This document shows, one piece after another, positions 50,562-63,344 of a stretch of 64,000 bases of DNA; within the stretch, counting starts at the first letter, position 1; each line of letters starts with the position of its first letter. Source of the stretch: Macrostomum lignano. Taxonomy: Eukaryota. Both the position numbers and the translations under genes were made by a program. Location of the stretch: assembly GCA_002269645.1 (NCBI GenBank), contig NIVC01000494.1:62001-126000 (forward strand), in the 5' to 3' direction. The notes below the pieces were generated by a model. It was not told where the DNA came from, did no database searches, and saw only the letters and a list, made by a program, of their open reading frames with translations.

Positions 50562-51075
50562 AGAGAAGGGGAGACGGAGAGGCAGAGAAGGGAGAGGGGG
50601 AGGCAGAGAAGGGGAGAGGGAGAGGCAGAGAAAAGGAGAAGGAGAGGCAGAGAATGGGAGAAGGAGAGGCAGAGAAGGGGAGAGGGAGAGGCAGAGAAGG
50701 GGAGAGGGAGAGGCAGAGAAGGGGAGAGGGAGAGGCAGAGAAGGGGAGAGGGAGAGGCAGAGAAGGGGAGAGGGAGAGGCAGAGAAGGGAGAGGGAGAGG
50801 CAGAGAAGGGAGAGGGGGAGGCAGAGAAGGGGAGAGGGAGAGGCAGAGAAGGGGAGAGGGAGAGGCAGAGAAGGGGAGAGGGAGAGGCAGAGAAGGGGAG
50901 AGGGAGAGGCAGAGAAGGGGAGAGGGAGAGGCAGAGAAGGGGAGAGGGAGAGGCAGAGAATGGGAGAAGGAGAGGCAGAGAATGGGAGAGGGAGAGGTAG
51001 AGGAGGGAGAGGCAGAGAAGGGGAGAGGGAGAGGCAGAGAAGGGGAGAAGGAGAGTCAGAGATGGGGAGAAGGAG
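50562..51075. repeat. ~22-bp purine-rich minisatellite (GGAGAGGCAGAGAAGGGGAGAG)n
   Basis: About 23 units. Confidence 0.93.
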
Positions 51076-53271
51076 AGTCCCCTTCCCCAGTAGGGGGACA
51101 TGGAGATTCAGAGAAGAGGGAGACTGAGATTCAGGAGAATAACAAGTGTCACAGAGAATCAAGAAAGAGAATCACGCGACAGAATGGACTCAGCTAAAAT
51201 GCAATTAAGTTAAGTTGGCCGTTCAATGCGCTTATTAACTTAGGCTGGTGCAGGCTGGTGCTAAAACTCGCCAGAGAGTAAACTGATCGATTAATTGGTC
51301 ATGCAGTGTTAGGCAGTCTCTCGTATAAACGTTCCTATAGGTTGGCCCTGAAGCGATGATTGGTACTCCTAGTTGTTCTCACTACACACTATAGTAGTTA
51401 GCAGCAGCATTGGGGCCTGACAGAAAAGAAGCCTATGAAGACTTCCAACTAGCGCCCAAGCCTGAATCGGCGCACCAGGGCAGCGGAAGAACTTGGTAGA
51501 GCAGTAGCTCTCAGCATCTTCTCTGGCCTTTCTGCCCCCCCCCCCAGAAACCAGCTTCTCCTACTCCAGCCCGTTCTCAACCTACAGCACCCTAAGCTCC
51601 TTGGTCTTCACTTGAACAGTTCTGAAGCACTTGTCAGGTTCTGCTGCTGAGCCTACCCACCCCACTGTTGGCTCAGCCATTCCTTAACCCATCCATCCAT
51701 CCATCTTCATAGCCGCTCCCGTCTCATTATGTGCCTTCACTCTAAATTCTTTCAAGTCACATTCAGGCTAAAGTGTACACGGCTGAACAATGACTGCGCC
51801 GATGGCTAATATTGTATATTGAAGCTCTCAATTGAACTGCTGTTCACCTGCAACGAAGGATGAGAGAGGCTGGATGGACGATCAAAGAAGAGAGATGATG
51901 AGAGGAAAAGTCAGAAGAATAACATGGGGGGGGGGCTGTGCATGGCCATCATTATAGACATCGATCGCCTTGCTAGGGCCTGAGTCAGACCCTGATCCCC
52001 CCAACCCCCTGCGCAACCTGAGGAGTTAACTAAGAAGGGGAAGATGAGGATTTAAAAAAAGAAGAGAGTGCAAAAAACTAGGAAATCAAGCGGCTCCTCC
52101 CGCGGCTAGGGAACAGAGGAGGGATAAAGAATAGGGAAGAAAGATGAGATGCTAGCATAATAATCTCTATCTCCAGTTGCGGACATTCAAATCCGATGGA
52201 CTGCCTGCACTGCTCAACCTCTGGGGCGGTGAGGAGAGAACAGAGAGCGCCGAACGAAGTCAGAACTTGTAGAGCAGAGTGTTATGAGCTCTTCTCCCAA
52301 TATACCCCTAGCAAGCCCCCACTGGGACTTTGGGAAACCAAAAAACCATCGCTAGCTGACGGATCCAGAGAGGCGGAGAGAGAAAGTCGAGACAAGGACC
52401 ACATGTAGTTAACATCTGGACTGGGCCAAGTTATTAGATTTAGTAACCGCACAGTGTAAAAGCATTGCATAATTAGACGGGGACTTTCTCATTCCTGTAA
52501 AAAGTTGCAGCGATGGCAACCTTACAGGCCAGAGTTTTATTTTATCGATTAATATAAATCGTTTGAGTCTTCCTCCATAAAACTTTTCGAGCTTCGAGAC
52601 TCTTTAGTGAAGTTTGATAACGCCCGCATTTTGGCGTTTTTGAGTAATGGCACAAAATTCCATGGGCATCAACTTCCCCAAATGAGTCAGGCAAGACCTT
52701 GGCCTTCAAGGCAGCAATTTCCCTAAGCTGTCAGATAAGCTGCTTGCAGACGCGACTCTGCTGCCCCCCCCCCCCCCGGAGCCGTCTCTCCTCCTCCACC
52801 AAAACCAGTTCGAACCTCCAAACGAACTGCCGGTCAGAGGGGGGCAAGACAGAAATCCCTGGAAAAATAAAACTAATGGGAGGCCGCCAAAAATAGGGGG
52901 GGTTGGGAATAAAATCCCTTTCTCCCAAGGCCGAGAATGGGAGAATAATATATATTTATCCCACTCAGGCTGGACCGCCACTGCTGGAAGGGGTACTAAA
53001 ACCGCGCCCGCCCCTGTGCCCCCCCCCCCCAATCTCATAAATCTGAGAGGTCGCCGCCGACCAGGGTGGGGACAGTAGCGGATTAAGGGGGAGTCCACTT
53101 TGCCGCGCAGCTCTCCCAATCCGCCAATAATCCCAAATCCTGAAGGCCACACGCGGCTGTAAATCTTTGTTCCTAAAAAAGCAGAGCTTCGATTTCTACT
53201 CAGACTAAGTTCGAATCAGTTCAGCCGCTGCAACCGAATTTCTTGCTCACGTTATCGCGCCCCTAGCAACC

Positions 53272-53672
53272 ATGTACCTTTTCTACTGTCCTTAGCAACC
53301 GGTCTTCTATCGACCTTAGCAACCGATCTTCAATCGACCTTAGCAACCGGGGTATTCAATCGATCTTAGCAACCGGGGTATTCAATCGATCTTAGCAACC
53401 GGTCTTTAATCGACCTTAGCAACCGGTCCTCAATCGACCTTAGCAACCGGTCTTTAATCGACCTTAGCAACCGATCTTCAATCGACCTTAGCAATCGGTA
53501 TTCAATCGACCTTAGCAACTGGGGTCTTCTATCGACCTTAGCAACCGGTCTTCTATCAGCCCTAGCAACCGGGGTATTCAATCGACCTTAGCAACGGGGA
53601 TATTCTATGAACCTTAGCAACCGGGTTCTTCTATCGACCTTAGCAACCGGGATATTCTATCAACCTTAACAA
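53272..53672. repeat. ~23-bp minisatellite (CTTAGCAACCGGTCTTCTATCGAC variants)n
   Basis: About 17 units, each with TAGCAAC or TAGCAAT. Confidence 0.9.
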
Positions 53673-54329
53673 CCCTCGTAGCCTAAAAATCTTGTTTCAT
53701 GCTGCCATTCCGAAAATGATAATTTATTGCGCCCATCGTGGCAAAGAAAAAATGGCACAGATGGAAGGGGGCCAGTAGCAAAGAGGGGATAAAAAAACAG
53801 ATTCTGCAGGTGTTTCCAGTAGAAAAATTTCCCACAAAAAGCCCAGCGCGCGCCTTGAGAGCAGCGGAGAACTCAAGCGGTTGCTGTCCGGCTGTGGGGT
53901 GAAAATAAATTGATTCGCAGCTGGGATGGGGGCAGCTTAGGGAAGGCTGGCTCGGGTGGCTGAGCTGATAGGGAAACAAAAATGGACTTCCTTGAGGCAG
54001 GAAAAGCCTTCACTTGCTTTCCAAGCGCCTCTCTGTCTTCAAGGTGAGCTGCACTGGCGGGTGGGGAGTGCTCAAGCAAATTTGGCTCCGGCAAGACTGG
54101 CGAATCTGGTTGAAACTTTGAATTCTGTTGCTGCTGTTGCTGCTTCTAGGGGGAGGGGGGCTTCACTAGAGAATTCGATTGTGTCAACAAGTTGAGGAAG
54201 AGCCAGTGGCTGGCTAACTAAAGGCTCTTGGTAGAATCTTTTGTTAGACTCCGCGAGGCGCGACTTTCTTACAAAGTTTGTTTTGAACTGACAATGATTG
54301 AAGCCGGTTAAATGCTCATTTTGCTCAGT

Positions 54330-54500
54330 ACATTCCTACGGCCTAATGTGCTCCGCAGTGATGAATGCCCATTCTGCCTCTCCGGTGTCGAGAATGCGGA
54401 GCACTTCATCTGTGAATTGCCCGCCTTTACTCAGGACAGGCTCACCTACCTCGGCCCAAACCCGGACCGCTGTATCCGGATGCCCGGAATCTCTGCAGCT
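54330..54500 (+). mobile_element. non-LTR retrotransposon ORF2 C-terminal Cys/His-motif remnant
   Basis: Translation ECPFCLSGVENAEHFICELPAFTQDRLTYLG resembles the CxxC...ExxEHxxCECPA...R...LG motif at the end of many LINE ORF2 proteins. A (CT)n run follows. Confidence 0.55.
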
Positions 54501-54545
54501 GCGAGCGTAAGTCAAGTACATATATGTCATCGGTTTCATCGAATA

Positions 54546-54784
<239 letters not shown>

Positions 54785-55117
54785 CAATACGCCGTGACCC
54801 TAGCTCTCTCTCTATTAAAAAATATTTTTCAGACTTTTGTCTTTCTGTTAATGGGATCTATTTATGATTGAATTGTCTATGGTCGAAACGGGGCTTTCTG
54901 TTAATGACCAGATATTAATTAAGCAGAGGTCATTATCGTGACGTGACATTTCGATTAATGCAAGCGTATTTCCGAGCCTAGAGATACTCCCTGGTTCTGC
55001 TTAGAGAGCTGAACCGCAAAGACATTGTTTAAAGAATTACTCAAACTTAGTGTTGATGCTGTTGATGTTGTTCTTTTGTTGTTGTCATCAACGTTAATAT
55101 CCGTAATGCTAACCATT

Positions 55118-55696
55118 TGAACCCAGTCTATGGTTTGTGTTGTCTATGGTTAGTGTTGTCTATGGTTGGTGTTGTCTATGGTTAGTGCTGTCTATGGTTA
55201 GTGCTGTCTAAGGTTTGTGTTGTCTCTGGTTTGTGTTGTCTATGGTTGGTGTTGTCTATGGTTTGTGTTGTCTATGGTTTGTGTTGTCTATGGTTTGTGT
55301 TGTCTATGGTTAGTGTTGTCTATGGTTTGTGTTGTCTATGGTTAGTGTTGTCTATGGTTGGTTTTGTCTATGGTTAGTGTTGTCTATGGTTAGTGCTGTC
55401 TATGGTTAGTGCTGTCTAAGGTTTGTGTTGTCTCTGGTTTGTGTTTTCTATAGGGTGGATAGTTGATTGTTCATCATCATCCAGACGGACATTGGGAAAC
55501 TTCAACTCCATTCAGTATGTGACTTCTATCTTACGTGCAGCTGAGCAGACTGATACACAAGGGAGATTATACAAATAAAGCGAAGTAGAGTTCGGCCCCG
55601 TAGAGGTAGTTGGGTACATTTTTAAGGGGAGAGAACAAATCAAAAGGTCGTCCATCGTCCACACTTTCGAGCATGCAAATCAGGAATCTGGGTGCA

Positions 55697-55738
<42 letters not shown>

Positions 55739-56700
55739 ATATAACTGAGCTCCCTCCTTATCCCCACACTTTCTCTCCCTTGGTTAAATAAAACCACCCA
55801 GCGACCCAGGGGGCGCGGCGGTTGGGACGTCGCGAGAAATCAATCGAATACCCTGACGGAAATCAGTCTGGCCAGAAAGGGGGTCAGGGAGGGGCCAGAG
55901 GGGAGGGGGCATAGCTGGCCTGGATCAATCATTTCATTACTGGAGAAGCCGCTGCTGATGCAGGCGGCAGCAACAGGACTGGTAGATAGAATTTTTAGAT
56001 AGACAGCGGGGTATGTGACTGCAGCTTAATGAAGAGCCTTAGTCAGTTGGACATGGAGAAGGCGTTTTTGAAGAGCAAAACAGTTGGGGAGAGCCAGCGA
56101 GTTGAACCACTAGAGAGATTAGACTTACCGGTAACGCAAAAAATGTAGGAAGTTAAAAAAAATTGCCCTTATAAGGTAGATTTTCCATTTCATCACCTCA
56201 TTGGGATTAGTTGGCTTTTGAAGTCTATAAATGGTGTGCAATGCTTATCATTTGTGGAGTCGATGGTTTCTGTCTATAGATTGGAATGTCCATCGTTTGT
56301 GATATCTATGGTCTGTGATGACTTCGGTTTGTGTTGTCTATGGTTCGTGTTGTCTATGTTTTGCATTGTCTAGGGCTTGTGATGTCTATGGTTCGTGTTG
56401 TCTATGTTTTGCATTGTCTAGGGCTTGTGATGTCTATGGTTCGTGTTGTCTATGTTTTGCACTGTCTAGGGCTTGTGATGTCTATGGTTCGTGTTGTCTA
56501 TGTTTTGCATTGTCTAGGGCTTGTGATGTCTATGGTTCGTGTTGTCTATGGTTTGCATCGTCTGATAAGGTTTGTGTTGTCTATGGCTTGTGATGCCTAT
56601 GGTTTGTGTTGTCTTTGGTTTGTGTTGTTTATGGTTTGTGATGTCTATGCTTGTGTTCTCTATGGTTTGCGATGCCTATGGTTGTGTTCTCTATGGTTTG
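55118..56700. repeat. two related TGTCTATGG-core minisatellite arrays (55118-55445, ~17-bp unit; 56300-56700, three-subunit higher-order unit), with a (CAG)n run at ~55697-55737 between them
   Basis: Shared GTGTTGTCTATGGTT core. A third related GTCTATGG triplication lies at 57745-57905. Confidence 0.85.
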
Positions 56701-56989
56701 TGAAAAGGCATAGACGCCTTGGGATGTCTATGGCTAGCAATTTTAAAGGTTTGTGATGGACTACTACCGTAAGGCTTACGTAGATCTGTTAAAAGTTCAA
56801 AGCAGCTCACCTGAAATTGTCAACAGTATTTGATCAATCGTCAAAAACGTAGAGACAAGTAGACTAAGAAATAAGAAATTAGTTCAAGACGCAATGCTTC
56901 ACATGTTGAAAGCTATTCAAGTTTACCCGCCCAACGCTGCGACACCCACACAGTCTATAGCCCTGTAAGTTCAGCCACTGGCTTGCGCC

Positions 56990-57300
56990 ACTGTCAACCA
57001 ATCATCGTGCGCCCAGTGCTACCAACCGGCACTTTTTTGGGGAATATAATCCTTTCTCTCTCCGTCCATCAGTCGCCATAGACTGACCATCCCTCCCATT
57101 GGTTTGTATGCATGGCATGCTAATGGCATCCATTCTTTAAACACTGACTGGACTCCTGAGCTCTTTCTACCTCTCTATCACTGCGGCTATACCACCTCCT
57201 TTCATGGCATTCATTCTCTCATCATAGCCCTGTTAATGTTCCCATAGACTCACGAGGAAGTAGAGGCTCTTAGGACAGTCCAACTGGCTGCATGGGCTCT
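56990..57300 (-). mobile_element. decayed LINE AP-endonuclease fragment
   Basis: The reverse-strand translation, interrupted by stops and frameshifts, gives VGLS*EPLL...NI/GYDERMNAMKGGGIAAVIER. This echoes the APE pattern GLSETWL...NIxGY...R...GGGVAxYI. Confidence 0.4.
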
Positions 57301-58454
57301 AATTAATATGCCAAGGAAAGAGCTGAGGAAGGAAGGAAACAGGGAGAGGCAGAGGCAGAGGGCGGGAGCTGGCTCTACTTTCAATGATGGCGAGAGAAGG
57401 TAAAAGGGAGAGAGAGAACCGTGAAGTCCCGTCCTGAGCTGAGCTCAATTAGTCGGTAATGCGACACTGGCCGTGTTTAGGCAAAGAAAAAAGCGCAAAA
57501 AGGAACTACAGGTGAAAAATCATGACTGAGAGAGTCAGCGGCATGGAATGAGCAAATGCAGCGTTCGAACAGATTTTTCAGCTGGGAAAAATTTTGGGAC
57601 TCGCTTTTTATGAACTATTATAATGCAACCACAAGTTTCATTCGTCAAATTATTCGTGTGATTTAACTATTCGAAAAGGTTTACTTTTTCCAGCTCGAAT
57701 TGTAAATAGAAAAATAGAAAAATTTCTATAAAGGATTGCATTAAGTACATTTCAGTGTTTTCAGTGTCTATGGTCAGGCCATGCTATAAACTAGCATTAA
57801 GTACATTTCCGTGTCTATGGCCAGGCCATGCTATAAACTAGCATTAAGTACATTTCAGTGTTTTCAGTGTCTATGGCCAGGCCATGCTATAAACTAGCAT
57901 TAAGTATATTTATGTGCGTACGAAAATGCTAGCTCGTAATTACGCTTGCTCAACTACTAGTGGCCCTTAAAATAAAATTGCCTGACAAAGAAGTTTTAGG
58001 TCCTAAAATACTATAGTTTTTTTCTCCAATTAATATTTAATCTTAGCGATTCTGTTTAGTGTGTGGACTAGTGGTGTGACTGAGTCTGGATTTGGGAAGC
58101 AAACTCAGAAGCGAATTTTTTTGGCACTTAATTGAATGCCAGTCTATGGAGTTTAAGACCCCGTTAGTGTCCCCTGTCTACCTTTCGCTCACAGGCAAAT
58201 TAGTTAAAGAGAAGCAGTGCTAGTTACGCGGGAATTCAATCCAGTTCTTAGTTAATTAATAATTTATATGAGCAATCACTGTTTCTGAGGCGCTGAAGTA
58301 CATAGGAGCTCAGGGCTTGCAGAATTCAATCACAATGGTTCTGCACTTGTAAATTTTGCAGCAGCCAGATGAAGGTGCAAAACATGTAGAAAAATTACCC
58401 TATACCCAAAATTTGCCATCAACAAAACACACAACACTGAAATCAACAGACACC

Positions 58455-59472
58455 CAAATCAAGCGTCACTAAAATCCAGCGTCACCAAAATCAAGCGTCA
58501 CCAAAATCCAGCGTCACCAAAATCCAGCGTCACCAAAATCCAGCGTCACCAAAATCCAGCGTCACCAAAATCAAGCGTCACTAAAATCCAGCGTCACCAA
58601 AATCAAGCGTCACTAAAATCCAGCGTCACCAAAATCAAGCGTTACCAAAATCCAGCGTCACTAAAATCAAGCGTCACCAAAATCAAGCGTCACTAAAATC
58701 CAGCGTCACTAAAATCCAGCGTCACCAAAATCCAGCGTCACTAAAATCAAGCGTCACCAAAATCCAGCGTCACCAAAATCCAGCGTCACCAAAATCAAGC
58801 GTCACCAAAATCCAGCGTCACCAAAATCAAGCGTCACTAAAATCAAGCGTCACCAAAATCAAGCGTCACCAAAATCAAGCGTCACCAAAATCAAGCGTCA
58901 CCAAAATCAAGCGTCACCAAAATCAAGCGTCACCAAAATCAAGCGTCACTAAAATCAAGCGTCACCAAAATCAAGCGTCACCAAAATCAAGCGTCACCAA
59001 AATCCAGCGTCACTAAAATCAAGCGTCACCAAAATCCAGCGTCACCAAAATCCAGCGTCACTAAAATCAAGCGTCACCAAAATCCAGCGTCACCAAAATC
59101 AAGCGTCACTAAAATCCAGCGTCACTAAAATCAAGCGTCACCAAAATCCAGCGTCACCAAAATCAAGCGTCACCAAAATCCAGCGTCACCAAAATCCAGC
59201 GTCACCAAAATCAAGCGTCACCAAAATCCAGCGTCACCAAAATCAAGCGTCACTAAAATCCAGCGTCACCAAAATCAAGCGTCACCAAAATCAAGCGTCA
59301 CCAAAATCAAGCGTCACCAAAATCAAGCGTCACCAAAATCAAGCGTCACCAAAATCAAGCGTCACCAAAATCAAGCGTCACCAAAATCAAGCGTCACCAA
59401 AATCAAGCGTCACCAAAATCAAGCGTCACCAAAATCAAGCGTCACTAAAATCCAGCGTCACTAAAATCAAGC
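58455..59472. repeat. 16-bp minisatellite (CCAAAATC[C/A]AGCGTCA)n
   Basis: About 63 units. Confidence 0.97.
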
Positions 59473-59847
59473 TTCATCACAATATTATAACGACAGTACA
59501 CCCAAATAGCGTTGTGCTGGTGACGCCATTTCGCCAGGGACTTTCTGCTGAAAGAAGAATCTCTTTGAAAAAGAGATCGGGTGAAGGATAGAGCAAGATA
59601 CGGGTTCAGGGAGCCCCTGGCTTTGATGCGTACTTCAGTAACTTAGTGTGTATCGATGCAAATTGAATCTGCATTCGATTAGCTGAGCTGAGGCGAGTCT
59701 CTCTGCGTAAGACTTCCCAGACATGCCGGAGCCTCAAGGCCTCGTGTGACTGCGTGTCTTTCAAAATAGTGAAGAACAAATGGACTCCCAACAAAATTTC
59801 GTCGATTTATGGGCTTGTCATGGGCTGAGGGGGATCGCCTATCACCG

Positions 59848-60650
59848 AATACTCTGACACAGAATCCTCTGACACAGAATCCTCTGACACAGAATCATCT
59901 GACACAAAATCCTCTGACACAGAATCCTCTGACACAGATTCCTCTGACACAGAATCCTCTGACACAGAATCATCTGACACAGAATCCTCTGACACAGAAT
60001 CCTCTGACACAGAATCCTCTGACACAGAATCATCTGACACAAAATCCTCTGACACAGAATCCTCTGACACAGAATCCTCTGACACAGAATCCTCTGACAC
60101 AGAATCCTCTGACACACAATCCTCTGACACACAATCCTCTGACACACAATCCTCTGACACAGAATCCTCTGACACACAATCCTCTGACACACAATCCTCT
60201 GACACACAATCCTCTGACACAGAATCCTCTGACACACAATCCTCTGACACACAATCCTCTGACACACAATCCTCTGACACAGAATCCTCTGACACAGAAT
60301 CCTCTGACACACAATCCTCTGACACAGAATCCTCTGACACACAATCCTCTGACACACAATCCTCTGACACAGAATCCTCTGACACAGAATCCTCTGACAC
60401 AGAATCCTCTGACACACAATCCTCTGACACACAATCCTCTGACACACAATCCTCTGACACAGAATCCTCTGACACACAATCCTCTGACACACAATCCTCT
60501 GACACAGAATCCTCTGACACAGAATCCTCTGACACAGAATCCTCTGACACACAATCCTCTGACACACAATCCTCTGACACACAATCCTCTGACACAGAAT
60601 CCTCTGACACACAATCCTCTGACACACAATCCTCTGACACACAATCCTCT
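59848..60650. repeat. 15-bp minisatellite (CCTCTGACAC[A]GAAT / ...CAAT)n
   Basis: About 53 units; source of the EDSVS, QNPLT and QRILC ORFs. Confidence 0.97.
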
Positions 60651-61745
60651 ACACTATCTTCATGACGCAAACGTTTATTTTAAAGGACACTTTCTGCCTC
60701 GATCTGACATACCGATATGACATGGAGAATTTCTGCCCTTTGGCTAAAAGGTCGAATGCACCGTCCTTCTCCCCTCTCTCCTCCCCCTTTTGTTTCTTTG
60801 ACTATCAATCACTGGCAAAAATCTTTTGAGGACGAGTTTGTACACGACAAGTCGCAAGTTAGAAATCTTTCCTCGTCAAAGTCCCACACGCCATAAAATC
60901 CTCTCCGTCTTTGATCCCAAATTCTTTGTAGAAAAGAAAATTTTGGCTATAGCTATAGCTTAGACCACGTGTGGCATTTCTGACCAGAGCTTTTTCGAGC
61001 AGATAATTTCGTATTCGGGTGATGAGACGTCTTATTAGTCAGGCATAGCAACGTATTTGCATATAGGTTGGGTTAGAGTGCATCTTAGGCATCATTGATA
61101 TATGCTGTAGTCAAAAAAGAAACTAACTGGGTGAAAGTTAAAGCCATTTTAGTTTATAGTATGGCCGATTAAACTTCAATTTAATCGTAAATTGAATCAG
61201 CAAGTTTTTTTGCAGTACAATATTTCTTAGAAAAAAAGCCACTGAAAACCCCATGTATACAGATGATATTAAGAGGAATCCTAGATTTCAATTGTGCGTA
61301 CTTGTAGTACTTTAAAATAAGACTTTGGCTATTGCAAGTCTTTAAAAAATTCCAGATACTTTTTTCAAGACTCTTAAGCTTTCTTCATCAGAATTCCAAT
61401 TGCTTAGATTCAAGCTACTAATAGTAGACTGTAGCGATTCGAATTGGCTTGAATTTGAAAAGTAATGATTTGGTAGAATTGGTAAAATACTAACTGTATA
61501 AACTGCTGACGCTAATGCTTTTTTGCCTAATAAATAAGTCGCAGCATTCTTGAGACAGTCTTGCAGAATCGACGCATTCACTGTACTCAAAACAATTGAG
61601 AACAGTAATTAACAGGGTTGAATTGCCCTTGATTTTTTCTTTGCTTTATTTGCTGGCAACTGGCAACTAAACTTTTAAGAGTTGTTTCGATCCGTTTTGT
61701 ACGAGCGTACCTTTAATTAATTCAAGCCAACAGCAATTTCTGGCG

Positions 61746-63244
61746 TTAATAGTCGTCATCAAAGTCGGCTACCGAATCTCCAGTGTGTTGGCCTCGCTTT
61801 CCAATGAATCCGTGACGTCGTTTTCCTAGAAACGAATGGCGTCGTTTTCCTAGAAACGAATGGCGTCGTTTTCCTAGAAACGAATGGCGTCGTTTTCCTA
61901 GAAACGAATGGCGCCGCTTTCCCATAAAGGAGTGTCGACGCTTTCCTAGAAACGAGTGTCGACGCTTTCCTAGAAACGAGTGTCGACGCTTTCCTAGAAA
62001 CGAGTGTCGTCGCTTTCCTAGAAACGAGTGTCGACGCTTTCCTAGAAACGAGTGTCGTCGCTTTCCTAGAAACGAGTGTCGTCGCTTCTCAACACCTTGC
62101 TCGCCTTGCAGAAGCTTTTGCTCGACTAATTCCTCTATACCATGTTCAGAATCGGCTAAATCGATGGGCTCGAAGCTCGGTTGCTCTGAAACGGTGGGGG
62201 GTTATCAGGTAAGTTAGCTACATGGTTGTAACCTTTTCCTAATAAAAGTCTTTAACTAACTAGGGCCAATCCCTAAGGCACAGAGAGTGGCACCGAAAAT
62301 TAGAAATTCAGTACCGCGATGTACACCCTGTGTGATGGACCATGTCGCCCAAGGCTTTGCGCCAGCTGCAGTCCAAAACCCTCATGCAGTTATTATTGTT
62401 ATTATTTATTATTATTACTATATGTTCCTTGAGTCTCAGTACTCACTGCTGTTTACCCATTCACTTCTCGTACCCTCATTCAATATATACGCCAAATAAG
62501 AACTGTCAATGAGTGTTGCAATGCCATGCGTCGTATTGCATCGGGAGTTGATTGCCTAGGATAATATTATTAATTAGTCAGTAAGAAATACCAAGGCATG
62601 GGGTTCATTAGCTCAGCGCGAGGGCGTCCGACATCCCGCGATAAAGCTTTCCCAGAGTGTGATTCTGCGTGGGCGATCACCACATCTGCTTGGGGGAAGT
62701 CAACTGACGGATTCTTAGCCAGGAGGTCATGCTCCTGAGGACCAACTGTCGCAGGACTGAACATTTACACTGTCTGACAATGAGAATAAGATATCTTAAG
62801 AGGTTTCGATCAGTTTCAAGAATTCTGATCTGGTATTGAAAATATTACTGACAACATATATTTAGACACGCACATGGTTATAGACAATCTCGTCGAACAA
62901 TAACACTTTTATCGAGTGCTCTTCTCGCAATAATTTCTTAAGCCTTCCAACACAGCTTCAAAATGCATATAAGATTTTTATTGACATTGTAGGTGTATAT
63001 AATAGCTCTATCTAAAACCCTGCAGTATTTAACACTCTCGAACTCTCACCAGGTACGTACTAATCCATGGAAAATAGTGCTATTTTTATTCCTGCTAAGC
63101 CCATTCCTAAGACTTTAGATTTGAGCCCAGAGCAACCGGTGTTCTCAGCCAGCTGGCAAACTTACGGGCTCGGCTCGGCGGCACGGCGCTGATATCGATC
63201 AGCAGGATGAGCACAGCAGCCGACAAGACTGGCAACAGCTTCAT
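61746..63244 (-). CDS. multi-copy amidated neuropeptide precursor (RHSFLamide prepropeptide), 172 aa, 2 coding exons
   Basis: Exon 63244-63166 encodes the signal peptide MKLLPVLSAAVLILLIDISAVPPSRA with a phase-1 GTAAG donor. Exon 62185-61746 follows a TTTCAG acceptor in phase 1 and reads QQPSFEPIDLADSEHGIEELVEQKLLQGEQGVEKR-(RHSFLG-KR)x6-RHSFMG-KR-(RHSFLG-KR)x4-RHGFIG-KR-GQHTGDSVADFDDDY*. A minus-strand AATAAA lies at 61650-61645. Confidence 0.93.
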
Positions 63245-63344
63245 GGCTTGTCGAATAGGGCTTGTTGCTATTTGACCTGGACTTTTCCTGCGAATGGGTG
63301 TTTGTCATCTTGGTCATTAGACTACTGAAGACACAGTACAGAGG

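Noticed and set aside
49700-54180. Intact retrotransposon or host gene in the 49.7-54.2 kb interval (also 27380-27840, 42800-43150)
   Set aside because: Only scattered LINE-like peptide hints (for example SKAIDV, LKARAGLF...CRIC) broken by stops and frameshifts and not in a consistent order. These are probably decayed fragments, too weak to delimit.
62570-62764. Minus-strand ORF (MFSPATVGPQEHD...) as a middle exon of the neuropeptide gene
   Set aside because: Its donor phase (2) does not fit the peptide exon (phase 1), and the signal exon splices directly and in frame to 62185.
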